A stretch of DNA of 64,000 nucleotides from Deltaproteobacteria bacterium (GTDB lineage Bacteria; Myxococcota_A; UBA9160; SZUA-336): the NCBI GenBank assembly GCA_004356455.1, contig SMWZ01000147.1, forward strand, positions 128 through 64,127, in the 5' to 3' direction. The position numbers were made by a program, and so were the translations under genes. Below are positions 56,632 through 64,000 of this stretch, piece after piece; the first letter of the stretch is position 1, and the number at the start of each line of letters is the position of its first letter. The notes under the pieces were generated by a model, which was not told where the DNA came from, did not search any database, and saw only the letters and a program-made list of their open reading frames with translations.

Positions 56632-57492
56632 GTGGCGGGGATCGCGCTGCTCGTAGCTTGCGTGCCCCTGGGCCTGGTCCCGACACCGGCCCGCGCGACC
56701 TGGTCTATCGTGGCCGTGGATGGCGCGACCGAAGAGGTCGGCATCGCGGCGGCGTCGTGTATCGGGGGCGTCGAGGTGACGGGCGGCCTCGCGCCCGGCC
56801 GGGGCGTGATCGCGGCTCAGGCGCTCAGCAACCCCAGCGCCCGCGACCAGGCCGTGGAGCTGCTCGCCGCTGGCGCCAGTCCGCGCGAGGTGATCGAGCA
56901 GGTCACCACAGTTGAGTTCGATCCCGAGTCGTTTCGGTCGGGCCCGAAGCTGCGGCAATACGGTGTGGCGGCGCTCGGGTTCGAGGCTGCGGCGGCCAGC
57001 TTCACGGGCTCGTGGGTCCTCGGCTGGAGCGGCAGCGCGCATGGCCAAGGGGTAGCTGTCCAAGGCAACCTGCTGTACGGGGCAACGGTCGTCGAGGCTA
57101 CGCTCGCGACCTTCGAAGCGATCGCCCCCGGGACCGCCGCCACACTAAGCGATCGCTTGATGGCCGCGCTCGAGGCCGGCGCGGCCCAGGGCGGAGACAA
57201 GAGGTGCGCGAAGGAGCTATCCGCGCTGTCTGCCTTCATCGCGGTGGCGCGGCCCGGAGATGATGCCCGCCATCCGTATCTGCGGATCGTGGCTCCCTAC
57301 GCCGGCGAGACGGACACCAGCCCGTGGACCTTCTTGCGCCAGCTTTTGTGGCCGCAACGAGGTGACCTGAGTGAGAACCCGGTTACGCGGCTGCGAAAGG
57401 AGTACGACCGCTGGCGTGAGCGCAACCCGCGCGCTCAGGAGCGCGGCGTGGTTCCGAAGGCTTCGCGCGCGCGCGAACGCGCCCAGCCGTAG
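56632..57492 (+). CDS. exported DUF1028-family (Ntn-hydrolase-like) protein
   Basis: TWSIVAVDGATEEVGIAAASC resembles the TFSIVA N-terminus of DUF1028, preceded by a hydrophobic leader. The start is uncertain (GTG 56632, or ATG 56581 inside the upstream gene). Confidence 0.6.
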   Translation: MAGIALLVACVPLGLVPTPARATWSIVAVDGATEEVGIAAASCIGGVEVTGGLAPGRGVIAAQALSNPSARDQAVELLAAGASPREVIEQVTTVEFDPESFRSGPKLRQYGVAALGFEAAAASFTGSWVLGWSGSAHGQGVAVQGNLLYGATVVEATLATFEAIAPGTAATLSDRLMAALEAGAAQGGDKRCAKELSALSAFIAVARPGDDARHPYLRIVAPYAGETDTSPWTFLRQLLWPQRGDLSENPVTRLRKEYDRWRERNPRAQERGVVPKASRARERAQP

Positions 57493-59054
57493 TCGGGCTT
57501 GCCGGCGGGCGAGCGCATGACCTCGTCCACCAGCAGCAGGTTACGCGGCAGCTTGTAGCCGGCCAGCTTACTGCGGCAGAGCGCGTTGATGTCCTCGAGC
57601 TTCGGGCGGCGGCCCGCGCGCGGCTGCACCACGGCTGTCACCCGTTCGCCCCAACGCGGATCGGGCACGCCCACCACCAGCACGTCGAAGACGTCGGAAT
57701 GGGACTTCATTGCGGCCTCGACCTCCTCGGGGAAGATCTTCTCACCGCCGGAGTTGATGCAGGCCGAGCCGCGGCCGAGCAGCAAGATCGTTCCCGACGC
57801 CTCCACCTGCGCGTAGTCGCCGGGGATCACCCAGCGAACGCCGTTGGCGTCCTCGCGATAGGTCTCGGCCGTCTTCGCGGGGTCTTTGTAGTAGCCCAGG
57901 GGAATGTGACCGCGCCGCGCGAGCATGCCGACGACATCGGAGCCAGGCTCCAGCGGCCGTAGATCCTCATCGAGCACGCTCGTGAAGCGGTTCATGGTGA
58001 AGCGCGGACCCGCGACCGGTCCCTGGGTGTCGAGCACCGTTCCGTTATAGCCTGTCTCCGAGGCGCCGAAGCCGTCCAGCACCATCACATTAGGCAGGTG
58101 ATCGCGCAGCTCCTGCTTGACGGTCTTCGACAGGATAGCCGCGCCGGAGTGCAGGATCGTAAGCGAGCTGAGGTCGTAGCCCGCTTCAGCTGCGGCGAGC
58201 GCGTCCGCCAGGGGTCGACCCATGGCATCGCCAGTGATGGTCATCATCTGGACCCGCTCGCGCTCGATCAGACGCCAGATGCCGTCGGGGTCGAAGTGCC
58301 GGTCCGTATACACGACCACCCGGTTGCCGCTAAACAGCGAGGAGGTGACGAGCCACTGCGCCTGGCCGTGCATGAGCGGTGCGATCGCGATCGCCGTCTG
58401 GCCGCGACCCGCTTTTGCCCGCTCGCTGACCTGCTGCGGCCGCTCGATCGGTGGCTGGGCCACCGCGCCGCCCAGGCCGCCAAAGTAGAGGTCCTCGTGC
58501 CGCCACATCACGCCCTTGGGCATGCCCGTGGTGCCACCGGTGTAGAGCATGTAGAGGTCGTCACCGGAGCGCTGAGCGAAGTCGCGCTTGGGCGAGGCCG
58601 CGGCCAGCGCGTCCTCATAGGGGATCGAGCCGAGGCCGCTGTCCCCGGCTCCGCTCTCGTCTTCGAGCACCACGAAGTGGCGCAGCTGGGGCAGATCGTT
58701 GAGGACGGCTGCGATTCTGGGCGCGAAGCGCCGCTCATGTACGATCGCCACCAGGTCCGCGTTGTCGAAGAGATAGCGCAGCTCCTCCTCCACATAGCGA
58801 AAATTGATGTTGATTGGCACTACGCGCAGCTTGTAGGCAGCGAAGAGCGCTTCCACCCACTCCGCGCGGTTATAGGCGTAGATCCCGATGTGCTCCCCGG
58901 TGCGGATGCCGCTCGCGCTCAGGTGATGCGCCAGCCGGTTGGCCCGCGCCTCGAGCTCTGCGTAGGTCATGCGTCGTCCGCCGGCGACCAGGGCCTCGCG
59001 CTCGGAAACCGCATCGACTGTGGCCTCGAACAGGTCCGCCAGGTTAAACTCCAT
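57435..59054 (-). CDS. AMP-dependent acyl-CoA synthetase/ligase
   Basis: LYTGGTTGMPKGV (AMP-binding motif I), GDYAQVEASGTILLLGR and the C-terminal AGKPDY. Start ATG 59054 (alternative 59081). Confidence 0.9.
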   Translation of the reverse strand: MEFNLADLFEATVDAVSEREALVAGGRRMTYAELEARANRLAHHLSASGIRTGEHIGIYAYNRAEWVEALFAAYKLRVVPININFRYVEEELRYLFDNADLVAIVHERRFAPRIAAVLNDLPQLRHFVVLEDESGAGDSGLGSIPYEDALAAASPKRDFAQRSGDDLYMLYTGGTTGMPKGVMWRHEDLYFGGLGGAVAQPPIERPQQVSERAKAGRGQTAIAIAPLMHGQAQWLVTSSLFSGNRVVVYTDRHFDPDGIWRLIERERVQMMTITGDAMGRPLADALAAAEAGYDLSSLTILHSGAAILSKTVKQELRDHLPNVMVLDGFGASETGYNGTVLDTQGPVAGPRFTMNRFTSVLDEDLRPLEPGSDVVGMLARRGHIPLGYYKDPAKTAETYREDANGVRWVIPGDYAQVEASGTILLLGRGSACINSGGEKIFPEEVEAAMKSHSDVFDVLVVGVPDPRWGERVTAVVQPRAGRRPKLEDINALCRSKLAGYKLPRNLLLVDEVMRSPAGKPDYGWARSRAREAFGTTPRS

Positions 59055-59176
59055 GGCTGCGAGTGGAGCATTTCTCGGCATCTCAGTGCAACCACGGTCC
59101 GCCCTGTCGGGCCCTAGCCGTAGCGGCCCCCGCAATGCGAGAATGTGCCCAGCCCTGCAGCCCTGGGAGTCAGGAG

Positions 59177-60049
59177 ATGAAGTTCTGGCAGCCGATCTTA
59201 TTTACGGAACCCGAGCAGCTGGTTGAAGTTGCCCGCATCGCGGAGGAGGTTGGCTTCGACGGCATCCTCATCTCGGATCACCTCTTCTACCCGGGGAAAA
59301 TCGAGTCGGCCTATCCCTACGCGGCCGACGGCGAGCCACCCTTCGACCCCGAGACGGACTGGCCCGATGTCTGGTGCGCAATCAGCGCCATGGCCGCGGT
59401 CACCGAGCGGATCCGCTTCTGCAGCATGGTCTACATCCTGCCGCTGCGAGATCCCATCGAGGTGGCGAAGCAGGTCTCGACCGCGGCCGTGCTCTCGCGA
59501 GACCGTGTCGTTCTGGGCGCGGGCGTGGGCTGGATGAAGGAGGAGTTCGAGCAGCTCGGCCGGGACTTTCACACGCGCGGCCGCCGCTTCGACGAGATGG
59601 TGGAGGTCATGCGCAAGCTCTGGACCGGTGAGATGGTCGAGCACCACGGGAAACACTACGACCTGGACCGCCTGCTGATGAGGCCTGCGCCGGCCCGGCC
59701 CGTCCCCATCTATGTAGGGGGGCAGAGCGAGCCCGCGCTACGCCGTGCGGCGCGGCTAGGCGATGGCTGGATCGGGGCAGCGGCCTATGCGCCGAACGAG
59801 ATTTCGGGGCTCACAGAGCGGCTCCAGGAGCTGCGCAAGCAGGAGGGCCGCGAGCATCTCCCCTTTGACATCATGTTCCCCATCGCTGCCACGCCCAGCC
59901 CGGATCTCTACCGGCGCCTGGAGGATCAGGGCGTGACCTCGACCACCAGCTCGCCCTTCAGCTACAGCGTGGGCCCTCGCTCGACCCTCGACCAGAAGCG
60001 CAGGCTGCTGGAGGACTACGCCGAGAACGTGATTCGCAAGATGAAGTAG
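59177..60049 (+). CDS. LLM-class (luciferase-like) F420-dependent oxidoreductase
   Basis: FDGILISDHLF, LGAGVGWMKEEFE and GRRFDEMVEVMRKLWTGE are typical of the LLM/F420 subgroup. Confidence 0.85.
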   Translation: MKFWQPILFTEPEQLVEVARIAEEVGFDGILISDHLFYPGKIESAYPYAADGEPPFDPETDWPDVWCAISAMAAVTERIRFCSMVYILPLRDPIEVAKQVSTAAVLSRDRVVLGAGVGWMKEEFEQLGRDFHTRGRRFDEMVEVMRKLWTGEMVEHHGKHYDLDRLLMRPAPARPVPIYVGGQSEPALRRAARLGDGWIGAAAYAPNEISGLTERLQELRKQEGREHLPFDIMFPIAATPSPDLYRRLEDQGVTSTTSSPFSYSVGPRSTLDQKRRLLEDYAENVIRKMK

Positions 60050-60138
60050 GATCCCTGCCCGTGGGGCATGCGACCCAAAGAAGGGTTGACGCGGAATCGG
60101 GCCAGTCCGTCAGGATCGGCACCCTGCTGCGGCTGAGC

Positions 60139-60603
60139 GTGAAGCCGCTCCGAAAGCGCAAGCTGGACGTCTTCTTCATCGCCTGCTTCGCCTTCGGGGT
60201 CTTCTCCTGCCTGTTCTCGGACCTGTATGCGGTAATGGGCTGGCTGGAGGGAGAGGGATTCTGGGCGCAGGCCAACCGCTACTACCTCGAGGGGGATCCG
60301 TTCCTCGCCTCACATCCCTACTACATGCGTATCGTAATGCTGACCTCGGCCTTCGTCTGGCTACCGTTCTATCTCGTCTTCATCTACGCGCTCGTCCGTG
60401 GCTGCAACTGGGTGCGGCCGCTCGCGTTGCTCTATGTCGGCGGCATCACCGTAAACATGGTGAACTTCTTCTGGTTCGAGTTCGCGGGTCCGCTGCCGCC
60501 CACGGAACACCTGGCCTGGGTTCTGGGCTGGAACCTTCCGTATCTGATCGTGCCGCTGCTGTTCGGGCTGCGCATGTGGAGGCACGAGCCATTCGGCGCC
60601 TAG
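60139..60603 (+). CDS. EXPERA-domain membrane protein (TMEM97/sigma-2 receptor homologue)
   Basis: DPFLASHPYYMRIVMLTSAFVWLPFYLVFIYALVRGCNWVRPLALLY parallels human TMEM97 [48 protein letters not shown] as I recall it. Four TM segments. Start is GTG 60139 or GTG 60061. Confidence 0.7.
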   Translation: MKPLRKRKLDVFFIACFAFGVFSCLFSDLYAVMGWLEGEGFWAQANRYYLEGDPFLASHPYYMRIVMLTSAFVWLPFYLVFIYALVRGCNWVRPLALLYVGGITVNMVNFFWFEFAGPLPPTEHLAWVLGWNLPYLIVPLLFGLRMWRHEPFGA

Positions 60604-60676
60604 GGCTCTGCGGGTAACGCATGTTCGAATCCACGCCGGTTGTGTTTCCGGGGGTGTAGCTCTAGGCTGCGCCCGC

Positions 60677-62620
60677 ATGAGGCTCCCATTCGCGCTCGCA
60701 GCGGCAGCGCTGATCGGCTGCTCGGGCCCCTCGCCGATCGAGTACGAAGGTCCGGTGGCCGGCTGGCCCGAGTACGGCGCGGCCAAGGGGGGCGGCCACT
60801 ACTCGCCCCTCACTCAGATCCATAAGGACAACGTCGGGGAGCTCGAGATCGCGTGGGTCTATCACACCGGCGATTACGATGACGGCTCCGCCAGCCTGGC
60901 GCCAAGTTCTTTCCAAAACACGCCGATTCTCGTGGACGACACGCTTTACCTGTGTACGCCCTTCAACCGTGTGATTGCGCTCGACGCCGACACCGGTCGC
61001 GAACGCTGGAGCTTCGACCCCAAGCTGGACACGTCCCAGCGCTACCTGCAGGTGTGCCGTGGCGTCACGGCCTGGGACGATCCTCGGCGCAAGCCCGGGC
61101 GCAGCTGTGCACGGCGCATCTTCATGGGCACGCTCGACGCACGTCTGATCGCGTTGGACGCGCACAGCGGGGAGCCGTGTGAAGACTTCGGCCAGAAGGG
61201 CGAGGTCGACCTGGGCCAGGGCATTGGGCGCGTGGACCCGGGGGAGTATGGCGTCACCTCGCCGCCGGTGGTGATCCGCGACCTGGTGGTGACAGGCAGC
61301 TACGTGCTCGACAACCGCCGCAGCGATGCGCCCGCCGGGGTGGTACGCGCCTACGACGCGCGCAGCGGCGAGCTGCGCTGGAGCTGGAACCCCGTCCCGC
61401 CGGGGCAGAGCCAGATGGAGTTCGATCCAGCCACCGGCGAGCGTATCTACCGCAAAGGCACCGCGAACGTATGGTCGATAATGTCGGTCGATCCAGAGCG
61501 GGGCCTCATCTTTGCTCCGACCGGAAACACCGCGCCCGACTACTACGGCGGCGATCGCCGCGGCTTCGACTACTACTCGAGCTCGGTGGTGGCCCTGCAT
61601 GCCTCGAACGGCCAGGTGATCTGGCGCTTCAAGACCGTGAACCACGACGTGTGGGACTACGACGTGCCGGCGCAGCCCACACTCTTTGATTTTCCGCATG
61701 GCCGGGGGACGATCCCGGCGCTGGTGCAGGTGACCAAGATGGGACACCTCTTCGTCCTCAACCGCGAGAGCGGCCGGCCACTCTTTCCGGTGGAGGAGCG
61801 CGCGGTGCCGATGGGCGGCGTGCCGGGTGAGGTGCTCGCGCCGACTCAGCCCTTCCCCACGCGCCCCCCTCCCCTCCACCCGGGCGAGCCGCTCACCCCC
61901 GATGACGCCTGGGGCTTCACGTTCTGGGATCGGGGAAAGTGCCGCGAGTGGATTGCCTCCCTACGCTCGGAGGGCATCTTTACCCCACCTTCGCTGCAGG
62001 GCTCGATCCACTATCCGGGCAGCTCGGGCGGGATGAATTGGGGTGGCCCCGCCGTCGACCCGGAGCGACATATCCTCGTCGTGAACACGACCCGCGTAGC
62101 CAACCACATCCGGCTGGTTCCTCGGAAGGCGGTCACGCCCGAGCAGGCCGCGGCCCAGTACGGCTTCGAGCCCGCACTCGGGAGTCCTTACGGCCTCGAG
62201 CGCCTCCCGCTGCTGTCGCCGCTGGGCGCGCCCTGTAACCGGCCGCCCTGGGGTACACTCGTGGGTGTGGACCTCGCGCGCGGCGAGATCCTGTGGGACG
62301 TGCCGTTCGGCACCACGCGCGACATGGCGCCGTTTCCGATCTGGCGCAAGCTCGGCGTGCCCAACATCGGCGGCCCCATCGTGACGGCCAGTGGGCTCGT
62401 CTTCATCGGGGCCACCACGGACGACTTCCTGCGCGCTTTCGACAGCGAGACAGGCGAGGAGCTCTGGAGGGGACGGCTCCCGGGCGGCGGCCAGGCCACG
62501 CCCATGACCTACCGCACCAGCCGCGAGACCAAGCAGTTCGTCGTGATCGCTGCGGGCGGACACGGGCTCATGCGTACGACGGGCGGCGACGCGCTGGTGG
62601 CCTTTAGCCTGCCTGAGTAG
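60677..62620 (+). CDS. PQQ-dependent dehydrogenase (glucose/quinate/shikimate family) lipoprotein
   Basis: Lipobox LIGCSG and eight-bladed propeller motifs (NVWSIMSVD, YSSSVVALHASNGQVIWRFKTVNHDVWDYD, GGMNWGG). Confidence 0.88.
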   Translation: MRLPFALAAAALIGCSGPSPIEYEGPVAGWPEYGAAKGGGHYSPLTQIHKDNVGELEIAWVYHTGDYDDGSASLAPSSFQNTPILVDDTLYLCTPFNRVIALDADTGRERWSFDPKLDTSQRYLQVCRGVTAWDDPRRKPGRSCARRIFMGTLDARLIALDAHSGEPCEDFGQKGEVDLGQGIGRVDPGEYGVTSPPVVIRDLVVTGSYVLDNRRSDAPAGVVRAYDARSGELRWSWNPVPPGQSQMEFDPATGERIYRKGTANVWSIMSVDPERGLIFAPTGNTAPDYYGGDRRGFDYYSSSVVALHASNGQVIWRFKTVNHDVWDYDVPAQPTLFDFPHGRGTIPALVQVTKMGHLFVLNRESGRPLFPVEERAVPMGGVPGEVLAPTQPFPTRPPPLHPGEPLTPDDAWGFTFWDRGKCREWIASLRSEGIFTPPSLQGSIHYPGSSGGMNWGGPAVDPERHILVVNTTRVANHIRLVPRKAVTPEQAAAQYGFEPALGSPYGLERLPLLSPLGAPCNRPPWGTLVGVDLARGEILWDVPFGTTRDMAPFPIWRKLGVPNIGGPIVTASGLVFIGATTDDFLRAFDSETGEELWRGRLPGGGQATPMTYRTSRETKQFVVIAAGGHGLMRTTGGDALVAFSLPE

Positions 62621-62621
62621 C

Positions 62622-62790
62622 TAGCGCGTTAGCGGCGAGCACAGCTCGCCTGCGCGCACGGCGCCGGACTTCGTCGGCGCCTCTGTAGCGCGTTAGCGGC
62701 GAGCACAGCTCGTCTGCGCGCACGGCGCCGGACTTCGTCGGCGCCTCTGTAGCGCGTTAGCGGCGAGAAAAGCTCGCCTGCGCGCATGGC
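62622..62790 (+). repeat. tandem array of a 64-bp double-hairpin element: 62622-62685, 62686-62749 (1 mismatch), and a partial diverged third copy from 62750
   Basis: The unit is TAGCGCGTTA-GC-GGCGAG-CACAG-CTCGCC-TGCGCGCAC-GGCGCCG(G)AC-TTC-GTCGGCGCC-TCTG. It starts 1 nt after the PQQ-dehydrogenase stop, and the third copy forms the 3' end of ORF 62757-63335. Confidence 0.9.
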
Positions 62791-63335
62791 GCTTGTGCCT
62801 CCTTATCGGGTGCCCGTGACGACGAGAACACGCTGAGCGAAGCAGCGGTCCCCCAGTGCTCCCCTATCGCAGCGGCCATCTCTCCCAGGGCCTCGAGCTC
62901 AATACCGATCGGATAATCGGGTGCTCGCGTCATGCGGGCGAAAGCACCGAAGGCCACGAGCGCCGTGATGCGGTCGGGATGGGTGGTGGCAAACAATGCG
63001 CTCAGGGGTCCACCCTCGGAGATGCCGAAGAGCACGGCTTGCTCACTACCCGTTGCGCTCATGACAGCGTGGATGTCGTCCATCCGCGGCTCATAGCTGG
63101 GCGCACCGGCGACCCAATCCGAGAGGCCCGTGCCGCGCTTATCGAAGGTGATCACGCGGGAGAAGGACGCGAGCCTCTGAATGAAGCGTGAGTAGCCCGG
63201 CAGCTCATGGAAGAACTCGACGTGAGATACCAAGCCTGGGACGACGATGAGGTCCCGCGGGTCCTCCCCCACAACCTGGTACGCGATGCTCAGCTCGCCG
63301 CTCTTTGCGTACCGGGTCGTGGGCAGCTCCTGCAT
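62757..63335 (-). CDS. alpha/beta hydrolase, apparently C-terminally truncated (possible pseudogene)
   Basis: TRYAKSGELSIAYQVVG, FDKRGTGLSD and GISEGG (nucleophile elbow). Only 192 aa, ending inside the 64-bp repeat, with no Asp/His part of the fold. GGAAGGAG RBS. Confidence 0.6.
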   Translation of the reverse strand: MQELPTTRYAKSGELSIAYQVVGEDPRDLIVVPGLVSHVEFFHELPGYSRFIQRLASFSRVITFDKRGTGLSDWVAGAPSYEPRMDDIHAVMSATGSEQAVLFGISEGGPLSALFATTHPDRITALVAFGAFARMTRAPDYPIGIELEALGEMAAAIGEHWGTAASLSVFSSSRAPDKEAQAPCAQASFSRR

Positions 63336-63353
63336 TGCTCCTTCCAGCTAGGA

Positions 63354-63422
63354 TGATCCCCCAGCCAGCACCGAGCTGGTCAGCAGCTCCTCGCGGTAGC
63401 GCGCGTCCCACCACTACATCTG
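63354..63422 (-). repeat. orphan copy (A) of a 69-bp gene-junction repeat
   Basis: 61/69 identical by my manual alignment to 63923-63991. It carries TAG (63414-63416) where copy B has TCA. Confidence 0.8.
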
Positions 63423-63455
63423 TGTACCCGACTAGGAGGGCGGTCCGCGGCTAAC

Positions 63456-63914
63456 TTACGGGTGGTTCGAGTAGCCCTCCCAATCGACGGCGCCGTCACG
63501 ACCCTGCTCCGCTTCGTCGCCGCGGAACTCGTCGAGCTCGATCACGTTGCCATCGGGGTCTCGGATGAAGACGGCCGTGAGCCCCCCGAAGCTAAAGGAG
63601 CCCGTGGTGGGGATTCCCTTCGCGTCGAGGAAGGCCTTGGTGTCGTCCATAGAAGATATGCGGAGCGCCACGTGCGTATAGCCCGGGTGCTTCTCGTCGA
63701 TGTCCATCAGGATGTTGGAGCCGCCACCGCTGGTGCTGGGTCCTAGCAGGTTGAGCGTTACCCCACTGGCCTTGTTCCGCATGATAATGGGATGGCCCTG
63801 GTCGAAGCCCGCGTCGGCGATGAGGTCGAAGCCCAGCTCTCGGTAGAAGGCGACAGAGGCCACATTGTCCGAGATTCGGATGCCCACGTGGTCAACCTTC
63901 TCAATCTTCAGCAT
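63456..63914 (-). CDS. VOC-family (glyoxalase/bleomycin-resistance/dioxygenase) protein
   Basis: KVDHVGIRISD, GYTHVALRI and VFIRDPDGNVIEL. ATG 63914 overlaps the upstream stop (ATGCTGA). Confidence 0.85.
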   Translation of the reverse strand: MLKIEKVDHVGIRISDNVASVAFYRELGFDLIADAGFDQGHPIIMRNKASGVTLNLLGPSTSGGGSNILMDIDEKHPGYTHVALRISSMDDTKAFLDAKGIPTTGSFSFGGLTAVFIRDPDGNVIELDEFRGDEAEQGRDGAVDWEGYSNHP

Positions 63915-64000
63915 GTGGTTCTTGATCCCCCGTCCAGCACGGAGCTGGCCACCAGCTCCTCGAGGTAGCGCGCGTCCCACCATGACATCTGCAGCTGCTT
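63908..64000 (-). CDS. 3' end of a CDS running off the right edge of the window (unknown product)
   Basis: An open minus-strand frame ..KQLQMSWWDARYLEELVASSVLDGGSRTTC* with G/C-rich third positions. It contains repeat copy B. Confidence 0.5.
   Translation of the reverse strand, partial: KQLQMSWWDARYLEELVASSVLDGGSRTTC
63923..63991 (-). repeat. copy (B) of the 69-bp junction repeat, here in-frame coding sequence
   Basis: See 63354-63422. The two copies are 569 bp apart and bracket the VOC gene. Confidence 0.8.

Noticed and set aside
60624-60632. TTCGAATCC, the tRNA T-loop consensus, in the intergenic region before the PQQ dehydrogenase: possible tRNA or tRNA-fragment att site
   Set aside because: The flanking bases (GCATG / ACGCC) cannot form a T-stem. 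No acceptor or anticodon arms can be drawn, and no integrase or direct repeat lies nearby. It is most likely a chance match.
62622-62790. Whether the 64-bp tandem repeats are a CRISPR array or integron attC sites
   Set aside because: The units are directly adjacent with no unique spacers, so this is not a CRISPR array. I could not find GTTRRRY/RYYYAAC core sites in the expected positions, and there is no intI or cas gene in the window. A REP-like or terminator-like structured repeat fits better.

Overview
Gene-dense, high-GC bacterial chromosomal segment. Hand counts of sampled 60-nt lines give about 63-70% G+C, with some lines far higher. I cannot assign taxonomy from sequence alone. High GC means stop-free antisense and out-of-frame ORFs are abundant, so I trimmed many tracked ORFs to internal starts that abut or overlap the upstream stop (ATGA/GTGA/TTGA junctions).

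The core is a complete minus-strand dcw cluster at 15.7-32.0 kb: mraZ-rsmH-ftsL-ftsI-murE-murF-mraY-murD-ftsW-murG-murC-murB-ftsQ-ftsA-ftsZ. A three-fold GTGG(G/T) direct repeat with 10-bp phasing lies upstream of mraZ. Flanking genes are mostly housekeeping or metabolic: recQ, ndk, tatA, phosphomannomutase, trmB, rlmN, sppA, acyl-CoA metabolism and a PQQ dehydrogenase.

Regions that deserve a second look:
1. An in-frame UGA joins two ORFs into a PrdB/GrdB-family selenoprotein with a SECIS-like hairpin (62-1264).
2. A lower-GC three-gene operon at 7030-9190 encodes a coiled-coil protein, a 4-TM coiled-coil membrane protein and a MIDAS-complete vWA lipoprotein. I cannot assign it a family, and it is my best candidate for an undescribed system.
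3. A TetR/di-iron protein pair is divergent from two paralogous MoxR-type AAA+ genes. The first carries a C-terminal vWA domain, giving a BchD/BchI-like architecture (9422-13996).
4. A ParA ATPase fused to a CBM48/AMPK-beta-like carbohydrate-binding domain is followed by a P-loop-less MinD/ParA-like paralogue (42121-43979).
5. A 64-bp double-hairpin intergenic element occurs in tandem at 62622-62790 and once inverted at 14467-14540. Stem changes between loci are compensatory.
6. A 69-bp duplicated gene-junction sequence flanks a VOC gene next to a truncated hydrolase (62757-64000).

I found no rRNA, tRNA, CRISPR array, transposase or integrase.
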